DNA of 64,000 nucleotides from Candidatus Acidiferrales bacterium. Its GTDB lineage: Bacteria > Acidobacteriota > Terriglobia > Acidiferrales > UBA7541. A program made the position numbers and the translations under genes. Of this stretch, positions 37,235-46,657 are shown piece by piece. Where the stretch lies: contig DATGHM010000019.1 of assembly GCA_035307985.1 (NCBI GenBank), forward strand, positions 16,076-80,075. Direction: 5' to 3'. The number at the start of each line of letters is the position of its first letter. Positions within the stretch are counted from its first letter, which is position 1. The notes under the pieces were generated by a model, which was given only the letters and a program-made list of their open reading frames with translations, did no database searches and was not told the origin of the DNA.

Positions 37235-39574
37235 TTACGGAGAAGCGTTCGACGGCGAGGCAAGGCGCGCAACGTCATTCAAACGCGCGGTTGCGCGGAG
37301 CAAAGCAGCCGTGAGCGAATCAGCCTCCCGCGTGAACAGAGCCGGGTTGCGGCCAAAGGATTCGCTGACGCCGGGAAGCATCTCCGCGTCGTAGCCCGCA
37401 TAGCTGCCCGGCGCGAAGATCGTATGTTTGTACCAAGGACGCCCGGCAAGCCCCTCGGGCGCAAGGAGCGCCTGATCGATACTGTCGAGCGCGTCATTGA
37501 TTGCGTTTTCGGTTTCTGGCGCCGGCATTCCCGAGCGAAGTTGACGTAAAGCCTGCGTCGCGCGCGTTGCCGCTTGCGCGAACTGCGCGGACGCGTCGGA
37601 CAGAGCCTTCAGAGCCGGGTCCTGATTCCCCGGTGTGCCACTCGTTCCACCGAAGCTGGCGCGGGCGGAAAGCTCGTCCGTCGCCTGAGTAATTTCCGAG
37701 GCGTACTCCGCATAATCGAAGGGCAAAATATCCGCTTCGTCGAGGCGCAGAGCGAGAACGCCGAGAACGCGCGCGAGCGCCGTCTCATACTGAAAGGTCG
37801 GGTCGCCAAACTGCTTCATCCAGTAAAAATCGTCGTACAGCGAATGGTAAACGCCGTAGGGTCCGGTGAAGCTGACGTCAATCGAAGGGATGCCGGCGTG
37901 GTCGAAAAACGGGCAAAAATCCGAGCCCGCGCCAAGCGCGCCGATCGGGACTTCGCCCGGCGGCCCCGGAGTCAGGGGAAGAGCGGGATGCTGGTCCCGT
38001 CCGCGCGGAGGAATCTGGCCGTACTTCGATTGCGTATCGCGCGTCTGCCAAACGTCATAAAGGCTCTTGCCGGAAGCCGGGTCTTTCACTTCGCGCGCGA
38101 CGTCGCGAACCAGCTCGTTCAGCGAAGGCGTGGCCGCCGCGCTGAAATCCTGACCGGTGACGCCGACATCCGTGTTGATGTAAGCGACGGCCTTCTTCTG
38201 CAGTTCCGCCAGATTCCCCTCGACCCACTCCGTCGAGCCGATCAGCCCCGGTTCTTCCGCGTCCCATTCGCAAATCACGATCGTACGCCGCGGCTTCCAG
38301 CCCGACCGCGCCAATTCGCCCAGCGATCGCGCAGCCTCCAGCATCGCGGCCGTGCCGCTGCCCGGGTCGGCGGCGCCGAAGACCCACGCATCGTGATGAT
38401 TGCCCAGAATCACCCACGCATTGTCGTCCGCGCCCCGCAGCTTCGCGATCACGTCGTAGACGGGCCGCTGCCGGTAATCCATCGCGAGGTTCAGATGAAT
38501 CTGCGCATCGCCCGGGCCAATGTGATACGTCAGCGGAAGGCCGCCCTGCCACCCGCGCGGAACGTTCTTGCCTCCCAGATTGGTCAAAATCGCGGACGCA
38601 TCCTGCGCGCTCAGTGGAACTGTGGGGATGCGCGGCAGATCGGAAGCCTCTGCCGGGGTGATACGTTTCGCGTCCGGAGTCGCTGCCGCTCCCGGCGTGA
38701 GCGGATCGCCGGGGTAAATCTGTGTGTAGAGGATCGAACCGCGCTGGATCCCGCTGAGAGGCCGCCACGGCCCGCGCGGGTACGGATCACCTGCAACGTA
38801 ACCGTCGTCCTCCGGATCGGAATAGATCAGCAATCCGGCCGCTTCGTGCTCTTCGGCGAGCTCCGCCTTGATGCCGCGATAATTGCGCCCGTAGCGCACG
38901 AGGACGATCTTCCCCGCGACGTCCACGCCCAACGATTCCAGCGCGCGATAATCTTCCGCGGTTCCGTAGTTGGCATACACAACGGGCGCAGTCACGTCTC
39001 CGGAAGGTGAGTACGAATTGAATGCGGGGACGACACGCGAATCGTATGTGTCCTTGTCTCCATCGTAGGGTTGCTCGGGCGTACCCAGTTGCTTTTGCGT
39101 CGGCGCGACCATCTCCACCTTTATTGCGCGAGGGAGCGGCATCCACGCGCTGTACGTGACGATCTGCGCGTCGAAACCGAAGCTGCGGTATTGATCGCGC
39201 AGCCATTCGGCGACGCGATGGCTTGCTTCCGTGCCTGCCAGGTGCGGCTCTGCGGTCAAATGGCGAAGATCGGATTCGGTGCGCGCGGGGTCGGGAATCG
39301 TCTCGAGCTTATCTTCCAGTTTGCGCTCCGCCGAAACGTGCGCAGGTGAAAATCCGCGGAAGAGAGTGCGCGGTTTTCGCTTCGACGCAAGGGACGGCGT
39401 GAACAGAGCGAGCGCGACAATCGCCCCGACGAAAGCTGCGCAGAGCTTGTAGCTGTGATTTCGCACGAAAACTGCACATTCTAACCGAATGTGGAGCGAG
39501 TCGCGAATCTGCCGATGAACACTGTTTCGTGTCAGGGCACGACTTCTCGCCCCGTGTCGGTCCAGGACCGCCAT
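37235..39574 (-). CDS. M28-family peptidase, glutamate carboxypeptidase II / transferrin-receptor-like
   Basis: 779 aa with PA domain, the Zn-ligand region GNHHDAWVFGAADPGSGTA and EWDAEEPGLIGSTEW, and a C-terminal dimerisation helix domain. The true start may be downstream (signal-anchor near residue 40). Confidence 0.85.
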   Translation of the reverse strand: MAVLDRHGARSRALTRNSVHRQIRDSLHIRLECAVFVRNHSYKLCAAFVGAIVALALFTPSLASKRKPRTLFRGFSPAHVSAERKLEDKLETIPDPARTESDLRHLTAEPHLAGTEASHRVAEWLRDQYRSFGFDAQIVTYSAWMPLPRAIKVEMVAPTQKQLGTPEQPYDGDKDTYDSRVVPAFNSYSPSGDVTAPVVYANYGTAEDYRALESLGVDVAGKIVLVRYGRNYRGIKAELAEEHEAAGLLIYSDPEDDGYVAGDPYPRGPWRPLSGIQRGSILYTQIYPGDPLTPGAAATPDAKRITPAEASDLPRIPTVPLSAQDASAILTNLGGKNVPRGWQGGLPLTYHIGPGDAQIHLNLAMDYRQRPVYDVIAKLRGADDNAWVILGNHHDAWVFGAADPGSGTAAMLEAARSLGELARSGWKPRRTIVICEWDAEEPGLIGSTEWVEGNLAELQKKAVAYINTDVGVTGQDFSAAATPSLNELVRDVAREVKDPASGKSLYDVWQTRDTQSKYGQIPPRGRDQHPALPLTPGPPGEVPIGALGAGSDFCPFFDHAGIPSIDVSFTGPYGVYHSLYDDFYWMKQFGDPTFQYETALARVLGVLALRLDEADILPFDYAEYASEITQATDELSARASFGGTSGTPGNQDPALKALSDASAQFAQAATRATQALRQLRSGMPAPETENAINDALDSIDQALLAPEGLAGRPWYKHTIFAPGSYAGYDAEMLPGVSESFGRNPALFTREADSLTAALLRATARLNDVARLASPSNASP

Positions 39575-39616
39575 TTTGACTCAAGAACGGCTATTCTTTA
39601 CGGCAGAAGCGGAGGA

Positions 39617-40537
39617 ATGAACGAATTGAGAATCCTGATTTCAGGCGCGTCCGGCTTGGTAGGAGCGGCGGCTACGATTGCTCTGCGTGCCGACGGTCAT
39701 GAGGTGGGGCACCTCGTGCGCTCGCGCGGAAGCCTTTCGACCGGTGATGTTCGATGGGATCCGGCGGCGGGAACCGCGGATCAGGAAGCCATGGAAGGCG
39801 CCAGCGCGATCGTTCACCTAGCCGGGGCGGGCATCGGCGACAGCCGGTGGGCCGAAGCTCGCAAGAAAATCTTGTGCAGCAGTCGCGTCGATTCCACGCG
39901 AATTCTTGTGGATGCGATTTCGAAGTTGCGGCAAAAGCCTCGCGTGCTGCTCGCTGCGTCGGCCACAGGCTTCTACGGAAACCGCGGCGACGAGTTACTC
40001 GCAGAATCGAGCGCAGCCGGCAGCGGCTTTCTGGCGGTTCTCGCGCGCGCCTGGGAAGGGGAGTCGTTGCGCGCGGAGTCGCTCGGCGTGCGAACCGTGC
40101 TGCTGCGGTTCGGCATGATTCTTTCTGCGCAGGGCGGGGCGCTCCCGAAGGTGATCACGCCATTCAAGTTTGGCGTGGGCGGTCGGCTCGGCAGCGGCAA
40201 TCAATGGATGTCGTGGATTGCGCTCGACGACGTTATAGGCGTGATTCGCGCGGCGCTAGCCGATGAAGCGTTCAGCGGCCCGGTGAACGTCGTAGCGCCG
40301 AATCCGTTAAGGAACGTCGATTTCACACGCGCGCTGGCGCGAGCGCTGCATCGCCCCGCGATCCTTCCCGCTCCGGCATTCGCTCTGCGTCTCGCGCTCG
40401 GCCGCGAAATGGCCGACGAACTGTTGCTCTCGAGCCAGCGCGTCCAGCCGCAGAAACTAATCGCCGCAGGCTATGCCTTCCGCTTCCCGGAACTCGATCC
40501 CGCGCTCAAAACAATTCTGACCCAGCGTGACGCGTGA
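39617..40537 (+). CDS. TIGR01777/YfcH-type NAD-dependent epimerase family protein
   Basis: ATG 39617 with GGAGG 2 nt upstream. ILISGASGLVGAA Rossmann motif and a DUF1731-like C-terminus. Confidence 0.85.
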   Translation: MNELRILISGASGLVGAAATIALRADGHEVGHLVRSRGSLSTGDVRWDPAAGTADQEAMEGASAIVHLAGAGIGDSRWAEARKKILCSSRVDSTRILVDAISKLRQKPRVLLAASATGFYGNRGDELLAESSAAGSGFLAVLARAWEGESLRAESLGVRTVLLRFGMILSAQGGALPKVITPFKFGVGGRLGSGNQWMSWIALDDVIGVIRAALADEAFSGPVNVVAPNPLRNVDFTRALARALHRPAILPAPAFALRLALGREMADELLLSSQRVQPQKLIAAGYAFRFPELDPALKTILTQRDA

Positions 40538-40617
40538 AACTCCAAGCTGACGCCTGAAACCTGGTATTCACCGCGCCCGAAGCTGCCGCAGGGCGATCGG
40601 GTCTGTGACCTGCCCTC

Positions 40618-41280
40618 TCACTTCAATACCGTCAGCGTCACATCGACCTTCAGCACGTGTCCGGTGACGGGATCAACAGCAGATGCGCCCTCGACGGTCT
40701 GCCCATTCCTCAACACAATGCTGAAGTTGTCCCGAAAGGACGGCATCAGAGGGCGGGGTGTACGATCATCCGAAGTGTCCGCTCCTCCCCCAGTGGTTCT
40801 CACGGCTGCCCCCGTGTTCGTCTGTAAGGCACTTTCCTTTTCATCATCCGGCATCCCGACCCAGGAGCGGTCAATGGTGAACACTAACTGATAATCGCCC
40901 CCGGCGCGTTCGTAGGCCCCGTAGTCTATGTTGGTACCCACGTTCTGATAGTTGAAATCGTGGCTCCCAGCCGGAATCGGAACTTTGACACCGTAGCGCA
41001 GGGAATTTCGGGGGCCGCTATACGGCTTTGCGGGTCCTTGGCTCACTGTGTACAAGGTGTACGGAAGACTGCTGGTTTTCTTTGAACCCACAAATTCGCT
41101 GATCACCACAAGAATTTTCAGGGGAACTCCCGGCTCCTCCGGACGAGCCGTTAGTTCGTGTGCGGCCTTATCGTTCGTTGCCGTTTGGCCTTTGTCTTGG
41201 CCGTTGTCGTTCTGCCCATACGCACCCGGCAGAGCGAGCACAATCGCGAGCATCCCCAGTGCAGTCCGTAATGATTTCAT
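40618..41280 (-). CDS. secreted hypothetical protein (last gene of the ECF module)
   Basis: 220 aa with signal peptide MKSLRTALGMLAIVLALPGAYG, beta-rich. Confidence 0.6.
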   Translation of the reverse strand: MKSLRTALGMLAIVLALPGAYGQNDNGQDKGQTATNDKAAHELTARPEEPGVPLKILVVISEFVGSKKTSSLPYTLYTVSQGPAKPYSGPRNSLRYGVKVPIPAGSHDFNYQNVGTNIDYGAYERAGGDYQLVFTIDRSWVGMPDDEKESALQTNTGAAVRTTGGGADTSDDRTPRPLMPSFRDNFSIVLRNGQTVEGASAVDPVTGHVLKVDVTLTVLK

Positions 41281-41350
41281 TTGGCGGTCATCCTTTCGCT
41301 GTTGGCGGAGTTAGGTTCTGCATAGGAGACGCCATGCACGCAAACTTCGT

Positions 41351-42175
41351 TCAGTGAAGCGCCGAATCCACCGCCGACTGCGCTGGCGGCAGATCGGGGT
41401 TCGAAGTCGGTGGGGTAGTCTCGATCGACTTGATCTCTAGCGGCTGAATCCTCAATGGTTTGTCCATGTCCTTCTGCGCGGCGATGAGCTGCTTGCCATC
41501 GATGCGGCCGGAACGAATCTCCGCCGCGAATTGCATCACCGCTTCGAGCTGGCCCGCTGGAACAAGCACTTCCGGCTCCGCGGGCGAACGAAGTTGGCGA
41601 GCGGCGTGACTTTGACGCGACACCAGCCGGGCCACGCTCGATTCGCGATGCCCGGGGAGCTCGTCGCGGGCCCGAACCTGCCGTTGATTCGTCGAGGACC
41701 CTTCGGTTTTCAGGGACTTCTCAGGAATTTGAGGCCGTGCGTTCGAAGCCGTGTCGACCCTAGGCCGAGTCGTTTGAAGCGCTGGATAGGGATGCCACGG
41801 CATCCACAAAACGACCGCGACAGCCAACGCAAGGGCGACCACCAGCGCCCCGGCCAGAGGCTCCAATGTCAGCCACGCAAGACGCTGTGCCGGCAGTTCT
41901 TCGGCAATTCGCGCGCGCAAACGAGCGTCAAAATGCGGAGATGGTTCGCCGGCCACCAGCGATTCGACTCCGTGATCGACCAGGGCCACCAGTTCGCGGG
42001 CGTGTTCGTAGGCATCGCGACAGGCATCGCATTCGCCGACATGCGCGAGCAACTCGCGTTCGCGCCGTGGCGCAAGTGCCCCGAGCGCCGCATCGCGCAT
42101 CCAGTCGCCGTATTTTTCGCAGCTCGTAGTGTTTTGGGAGTGCGGCAGCTTGCTGCCGCTTTCTGCTTCTCGCAT
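41351..42175 (-). CDS. anti-sigma factor (zf-HC2 type), single-pass membrane
   Basis: Internal ATG 42175 of track ORF 41351..42241. HVGECDAC (H-x3-C-x2-C) and TM helix LEPLAGALVVALALAVAVVLW. Confidence 0.7.
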   Translation of the reverse strand: MREAESGSKLPHSQNTTSCEKYGDWMRDAALGALAPRRERELLAHVGECDACRDAYEHARELVALVDHGVESLVAGEPSPHFDARLRARIAEELPAQRLAWLTLEPLAGALVVALALAVAVVLWMPWHPYPALQTTRPRVDTASNARPQIPEKSLKTEGSSTNQRQVRARDELPGHRESSVARLVSRQSHAARQLRSPAEPEVLVPAGQLEAVMQFAAEIRSGRIDGKQLIAAQKDMDKPLRIQPLEIKSIETTPPTSNPDLPPAQSAVDSALH

Positions 42176-42182
42176 AGGCCCC

Positions 42183-42866
42183 TCAGCCGGGCAGATTTCT
42201 GTCCCGCGTAATCGCATCCTGTCGCTTGCCATCGACCCCAAGCAGATCGGTTCGACGCAAGGACTCAGCCAATCGTTTGCGCGCCAGATGCAGTCGCGAT
42301 TTGACGGTGCCTTCCGGCACGCCCAGCAGTTTCGCCACCTCGCGCGTGTTGTGGCCCTCGATCGCCGCGAGGACGATCACCATGCGCAGTTTTTCGGGCA
42401 ATTCATCCAGCGCGGCAGCCAGATAGCGCTCGAACTCGCGCGTCGCCACAACGCTTTCCACCTGTGCTACGCCGCGGCCCTCGACGACCGCGCGCTCCCG
42501 GCGCTCGCGGCGCCCCGCCGATCGGATGCGATCGAGCGCCAGCCGCCACGCCGTGCGTACCAGCCATCCGCGAAAGCTGTCGCGATCGCGCAGGCGGTGA
42601 AAATTTCGGTACGCCCGAAGCATGGCCTCTTGCGCGATATCCTCCGCTTCCGCGGAATTGCGCAGCACTCCCAGCGCGACCCGATACGCCAGCTTGGGAC
42701 AATCCGCCAGGCGCCGCTCAAATTCCTGTTCGAGCGAGGCGTCCTGGGTCACCGCGCTTCCCGGAAGGCTGGCCGCCAGAGCATCCATTTCGGTCCCATT
42801 CAGCCAGACGCCGGCCATAAGCTTTTGGTTCACGAGTTTCCGATCCCCAGCGAATTCGAGCGACAA
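42183..42866 (-). CDS. ECF-type RNA polymerase sigma-70 factor
   Basis: Region 2 AEDIAQEAMLRAYRNFHRL..FRGWLVRTAWRLALD. Region 4 NTREVAKLLGVPEGTVKSRLHLARKRL. The start may be an internal Met. Confidence 0.85.
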   Translation of the reverse strand: MSLEFAGDRKLVNQKLMAGVWLNGTEMDALAASLPGSAVTQDASLEQEFERRLADCPKLAYRVALGVLRNSAEAEDIAQEAMLRAYRNFHRLRDRDSFRGWLVRTAWRLALDRIRSAGRRERRERAVVEGRGVAQVESVVATREFERYLAAALDELPEKLRMVIVLAAIEGHNTREVAKLLGVPEGTVKSRLHLARKRLAESLRRTDLLGVDGKRQDAITRDRNLPG

Positions 42867-43018
42867 ATCAGCAACGAAGCGTACGTCTCAGGTAGCGCGT
42901 TTCGTCTTCCGTCGGGCCTGCATAAAAGATTGTCTTTCTGAGACCCCCCTTTGGGCCGAAGAATCTCTCTTCGCCCGCTCGTGTCGGCTGACAGATAGAA
43001 GCGGCGGATGCCACGCCC

Positions 43019-43393
43019 CTACAAGTCGAGCCGCGAGAGCAGCTCCGCCAGATTCGAATCATCCACGATCAGCTCCGGCCGCGATGTGGCAAAATTCTCC
43101 AAATCATCGAACGCCTGAAAGAGACGCATCTTGGCGATGGCGTACTCCTCGGTGCCGGTCAAGACGCGTCCGTTCTCGTTGGTCCACGCGTCGAGCGCGC
43201 TCCGCCGAATAAAAATGCGAATCGGGAACATCGTCTTGCGGTCGGCGGAAACGTAGTAGATGTATTCGTTGCCGGGGATTTCGGGCCTCACCGATGGATG
43301 CGCGTCCTGAAATTGATACTGATAGACGTAGCCCGTCGCCGCCGAATAGGACTTGATACGACGCACCGTCTCCGGCTTCGCCATGATCGGCAT
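43019..43393 (-). CDS. hypothetical protein
   Basis: 124-aa ORF with protein-like composition; no family recognised. Confidence 0.55.
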   Translation of the reverse strand: MPIMAKPETVRRIKSYSAATGYVYQYQFQDAHPSVRPEIPGNEYIYYVSADRKTMFPIRIFIRRSALDAWTNENGRVLTGTEEYAIAKMRLFQAFDDLENFATSRPELIVDDSNLAELLSRLDL

Positions 43394-43664
43394 TATTTTG
43401 CCGAGTCGCTCATCCTGTCAACGGCCGTTCGCCGGCAGGAAGGGCCGTCGCCAGGTGGAGAACGGGAAAAACGAAGCTGCGGCTGATTCCCGAAGCGGGA
43501 CCGGCGCGTTCCAATGTGAAACTGCCGGCAGCTCGGCGACCCAACTCGCTCCCCAATCGATCAACGGCGAGAGACCTGCACTCACTCGCCTCATCTTGAT
43601 CGTAAAAGCCTGATTCCATAGGTGTCTCGCATCCCAAATCCGCAAGGGAGCATTTGCGTAGGTC

Positions 43665-46085
43665 GTGCCGCTTAGAAACTGCGCCCTTATGGCACATCGC
43701 TTGCCTCTCGCCAGCCGCATGGAAACGCGGAACAAAAACGCGGTGCTGGGCGCGGCACCTCCACGAAGCACGCGCCATCTACATCGGAATCGAATCCGCG
43801 ATCTCAGCCTACTTGCCCTGGCGCTGTTCGAGACGACTGCGCTTGTTGCGTGCGCCGGAACCGTGGGGCGGGACGGCCCCAGCCCGGCAACGCCGCCTTC
43901 GTCAATCACGATGTCGATTCAGCCCGCAAGCGCGAGCCTCTTTCTCGGCCAGGCGCAGCAGTTTCAAGCCGCCATCGGCGGCACGTCGAACGCGAGCGTC
44001 AACTGGGAAGTGAACGGCGTCGCCGGAGGGAATTCCACTCTCGGCACGATCTCGAGCAGCGGTCTTTATACCGCCCCGGCCATTCTTCCCGCGAATCCGG
44101 CAGTGACAATCGCGGCCGTGAGCGCCGCCGATTCGACAGATTCGGCATCTGCGAGCGTCGCTCTCCAGGACGACATTGTCGTTGGCGTCTCGCCCGCCTC
44201 CGCCAGCGTTCCCGCTGGAGGCACGCAAGTCTTCACCGCCGCGGTGGCGGCTTCGGGCAGCCCCGCGACCAGCGTTACGTGGACTGTGAACGGAATCGCG
44301 GGAGGCAGCAGCGTCGTTGGCACGATAACGGCAAACGGAGGCGACTCCGCCACCTATACGGCCCCCGTTGCGCCGCCATCTCCAACCACCGTCACGATTA
44401 CGGCCACAAGCGTGGCGGACTCGGCCAAAAGCGGCACGGCGAACGTGAGCATTACGTGCGCGAACCTGATTTCGCCAGCGACCACAAGCGTTTCGCTCGG
44501 CCAGACACAGACGTTCGCGGCTTCGCTCTGCGTCGTCGCTGGCGCGGCGATCACCTGGGATGTCGACGGAATCGCCGGCGGCAACGCGAGCCTCGGAACG
44601 ATTGCCCTCGACCCATCCAGCGGACAAACGAACTCGGCGATTTACACCGCGCCCGCCGATCTCCCTTCGGCCGATCCCATCACCATCCACGTGACGGCTG
44701 GAGCCGCGTCGGCAGCCGCCACGGTGACTCTTACAAGCGGCGTCAGCGTCGTGATTTCGCCCGCCTCCGTCACCGTGAGCGTCGGGCAGCGCGCCACCTT
44801 CGCGTCAAACGTGACGAACTCCCCCGACACGTCGGCCACGTGGAGCGTCAACGGCGTGCCGAACGGCAGCCCAACTGTCGGTGAGATCTGCATCGTCGGC
44901 TCAAGCCCCTGTGTTTCGCCAAACGGCGCAGTCTCAGGCAGCATCGACTATGTCGCCCCAGTCGTCGCACCCATCGTGAACCCGGTCACAATCACGGCAA
45001 CGAGCAAAGCGGATCCGTCTCGCACCGGAAGCGCGAGCGCATTCATCGCCGCGCAGACCAGCCCGGTTTCCGTCTCCATTTCGCCGGCATACGCCTTCGT
45101 GGTTCCCTCGAGTGCGCAGCCCAGCACGCTGCAATTTTTTGCCGTGGTTTCGGGAACGACCGCAGGCGCAGTCGCCTGGAGCGTGCAAAGCGCGGTCGGC
45201 GGCCAGGGCTGCGGTGGCGCGGCGTGTGGATCGATTGACGCGAGCGGCCTCTACGCCGCGCCGTCCGGCGCGCCTTCGCCGAACGCGATTGCGGTGATCG
45301 CCACCAGCCTTGCCGATCCAACCAAAAGCGCCACGGCGACGGTCTCCATCACCAGCGGCCCCACGATCACCGCGCTTCTCCCTTCGAGCGTGATGGCGGG
45401 AGCAGTGCAAAGTTTTCCCTTCGAGGTGAAGGGCGTAAATTTCGTCGCAGGAGGCGGCAGCGGCGGCTCAGGCTCCACGATCTTGCTTAACGGCGAGCCG
45501 CGCAGCACCACGTGCGCCAGCGCCGGCGCGTGCACCACCGCGATCAATCCTTCCGACGTCCAGTCCGCCGCCACAATCACCGTCCAGATACGCAATCCCG
45601 GCTCGCCCGGCGCTCTCTCGAATCTCGTCCCCTTCGTGATCGTTCCGTTCGACGTTTCGAGCGGCATAATTTCGCTCGCCGAATCGCAGCCGGCCGCAAG
45701 CGATCAGAACATCGTCGTTGTCGAGCCCACCACCGCGGCCGCTTCATCGCCGATCAATGTTGATTTCGTCGGCTTTCTCAGCGCGGGCAATTGCGGCGCC
45801 CAAGGCTCGCCGCTCACCATCACGCGCCCTTCCTCAGGAAGCACCGCCGTGAGCTTGTGCGTGCACGGAAACGGGCTCGATCCGGCTTTCACCTATACAT
45901 TCAGCGGCCCCGCTGGAGGCGCCGACATTGGAGTCGTCGCCTCGGCCGTCGCCGGAATCTTTCCCAACACGATCGAGCTCGATCTCACGATCTCGAACGT
46001 CACTCTTCCCGGAGTTCGCTCGCTCTTCGTCACCACCCTGAACAACGATCGCGCTGTCGCGACCGGAATGCTGGAGGTCAAATGA
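43665..46085 (+). CDS. Ig-like repeat lipoprotein (about 8 tandem domains)
   Basis: Lipobox LVAC after LSLLALALFETTA. Repeats of ..A.F.A.V.G..N..V.W.VNG..GG....G.I...G.YTAP.. The start may be the Met at 43719. Confidence 0.75.
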   Translation: MPLRNCALMAHRLPLASRMETRNKNAVLGAAPPRSTRHLHRNRIRDLSLLALALFETTALVACAGTVGRDGPSPATPPSSITMSIQPASASLFLGQAQQFQAAIGGTSNASVNWEVNGVAGGNSTLGTISSSGLYTAPAILPANPAVTIAAVSAADSTDSASASVALQDDIVVGVSPASASVPAGGTQVFTAAVAASGSPATSVTWTVNGIAGGSSVVGTITANGGDSATYTAPVAPPSPTTVTITATSVADSAKSGTANVSITCANLISPATTSVSLGQTQTFAASLCVVAGAAITWDVDGIAGGNASLGTIALDPSSGQTNSAIYTAPADLPSADPITIHVTAGAASAAATVTLTSGVSVVISPASVTVSVGQRATFASNVTNSPDTSATWSVNGVPNGSPTVGEICIVGSSPCVSPNGAVSGSIDYVAPVVAPIVNPVTITATSKADPSRTGSASAFIAAQTSPVSVSISPAYAFVVPSSAQPSTLQFFAVVSGTTAGAVAWSVQSAVGGQGCGGAACGSIDASGLYAAPSGAPSPNAIAVIATSLADPTKSATATVSITSGPTITALLPSSVMAGAVQSFPFEVKGVNFVAGGGSGGSGSTILLNGEPRSTTCASAGACTTAINPSDVQSAATITVQIRNPGSPGALSNLVPFVIVPFDVSSGIISLAESQPAASDQNIVVVEPTTAAASSPINVDFVGFLSAGNCGAQGSPLTITRPSSGSTAVSLCVHGNGLDPAFTYTFSGPAGGADIGVVASAVAGIFPNTIELDLTISNVTLPGVRSLFVTTLNNDRAVATGMLEVK

Positions 46086-46654
46086 AACGGAACGTGAGAT
46101 TTTGCATTTACCTGCTCTGCGCCGAATTGTTGCTCTGCTGCTGCGCGTTACGCGCCACAACGCTGGAGCGCATGTCGCTCGCCCGGATGGCTCAGGCGGC
46201 GCAGGTCATCGTGCGCGCCCGCTGCATTTCGAATTCCACCGGGTGGGCAGTGGGCGAGATTTGGACCTTCACCACTTTCGAAGCCGGAGAAACCTGGAAA
46301 GGCGACTCGACCGCGCGAGCCCCCGGAATGATTACGATTCGCCTCCTGGGAGGCACGGTTGGCGCGCTCACGTCGCACGTTTCGGGCGTGCCGCGATTTC
46401 ATCCGGGAGAGGACGTCCTCATCTTCCTGGAGCCAACCTCGCGCAACGACTTCTCCGTGCTCGGCTGGGCGCAGGGGACGTTTCGCATCCGGCGCGACCC
46501 GCGGACCGGGGAGCAAATCGTCACGCAGGACACCGCCGCATTTGCCACCTTCAACCCCAAAACGCGACGATTCGAAACCGCGGGCATCCGAAATCTGCCG
46601 CTTGCTGCGTTTCGCGAGCGCGTCCAGTCTGCCATCGCGCGCAATGGAGAATGA
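46082..46654 (+). CDS. secreted hypothetical protein
   Basis: The ATG at 46082 overlaps the upstream stop (ATGA). Signal peptide FCIYLLCAELLLCCCALRA. It is the last 190 aa of track ORF 45791..46654. Confidence 0.6.
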   Translation: MKRNVRFCIYLLCAELLLCCCALRATTLERMSLARMAQAAQVIVRARCISNSTGWAVGEIWTFTTFEAGETWKGDSTARAPGMITIRLLGGTVGALTSHVSGVPRFHPGEDVLIFLEPTSRNDFSVLGWAQGTFRIRRDPRTGEQIVTQDTAAFATFNPKTRRFETAGIRNLPLAAFRERVQSAIARNGE

Positions 46655-46657
46655 GGA

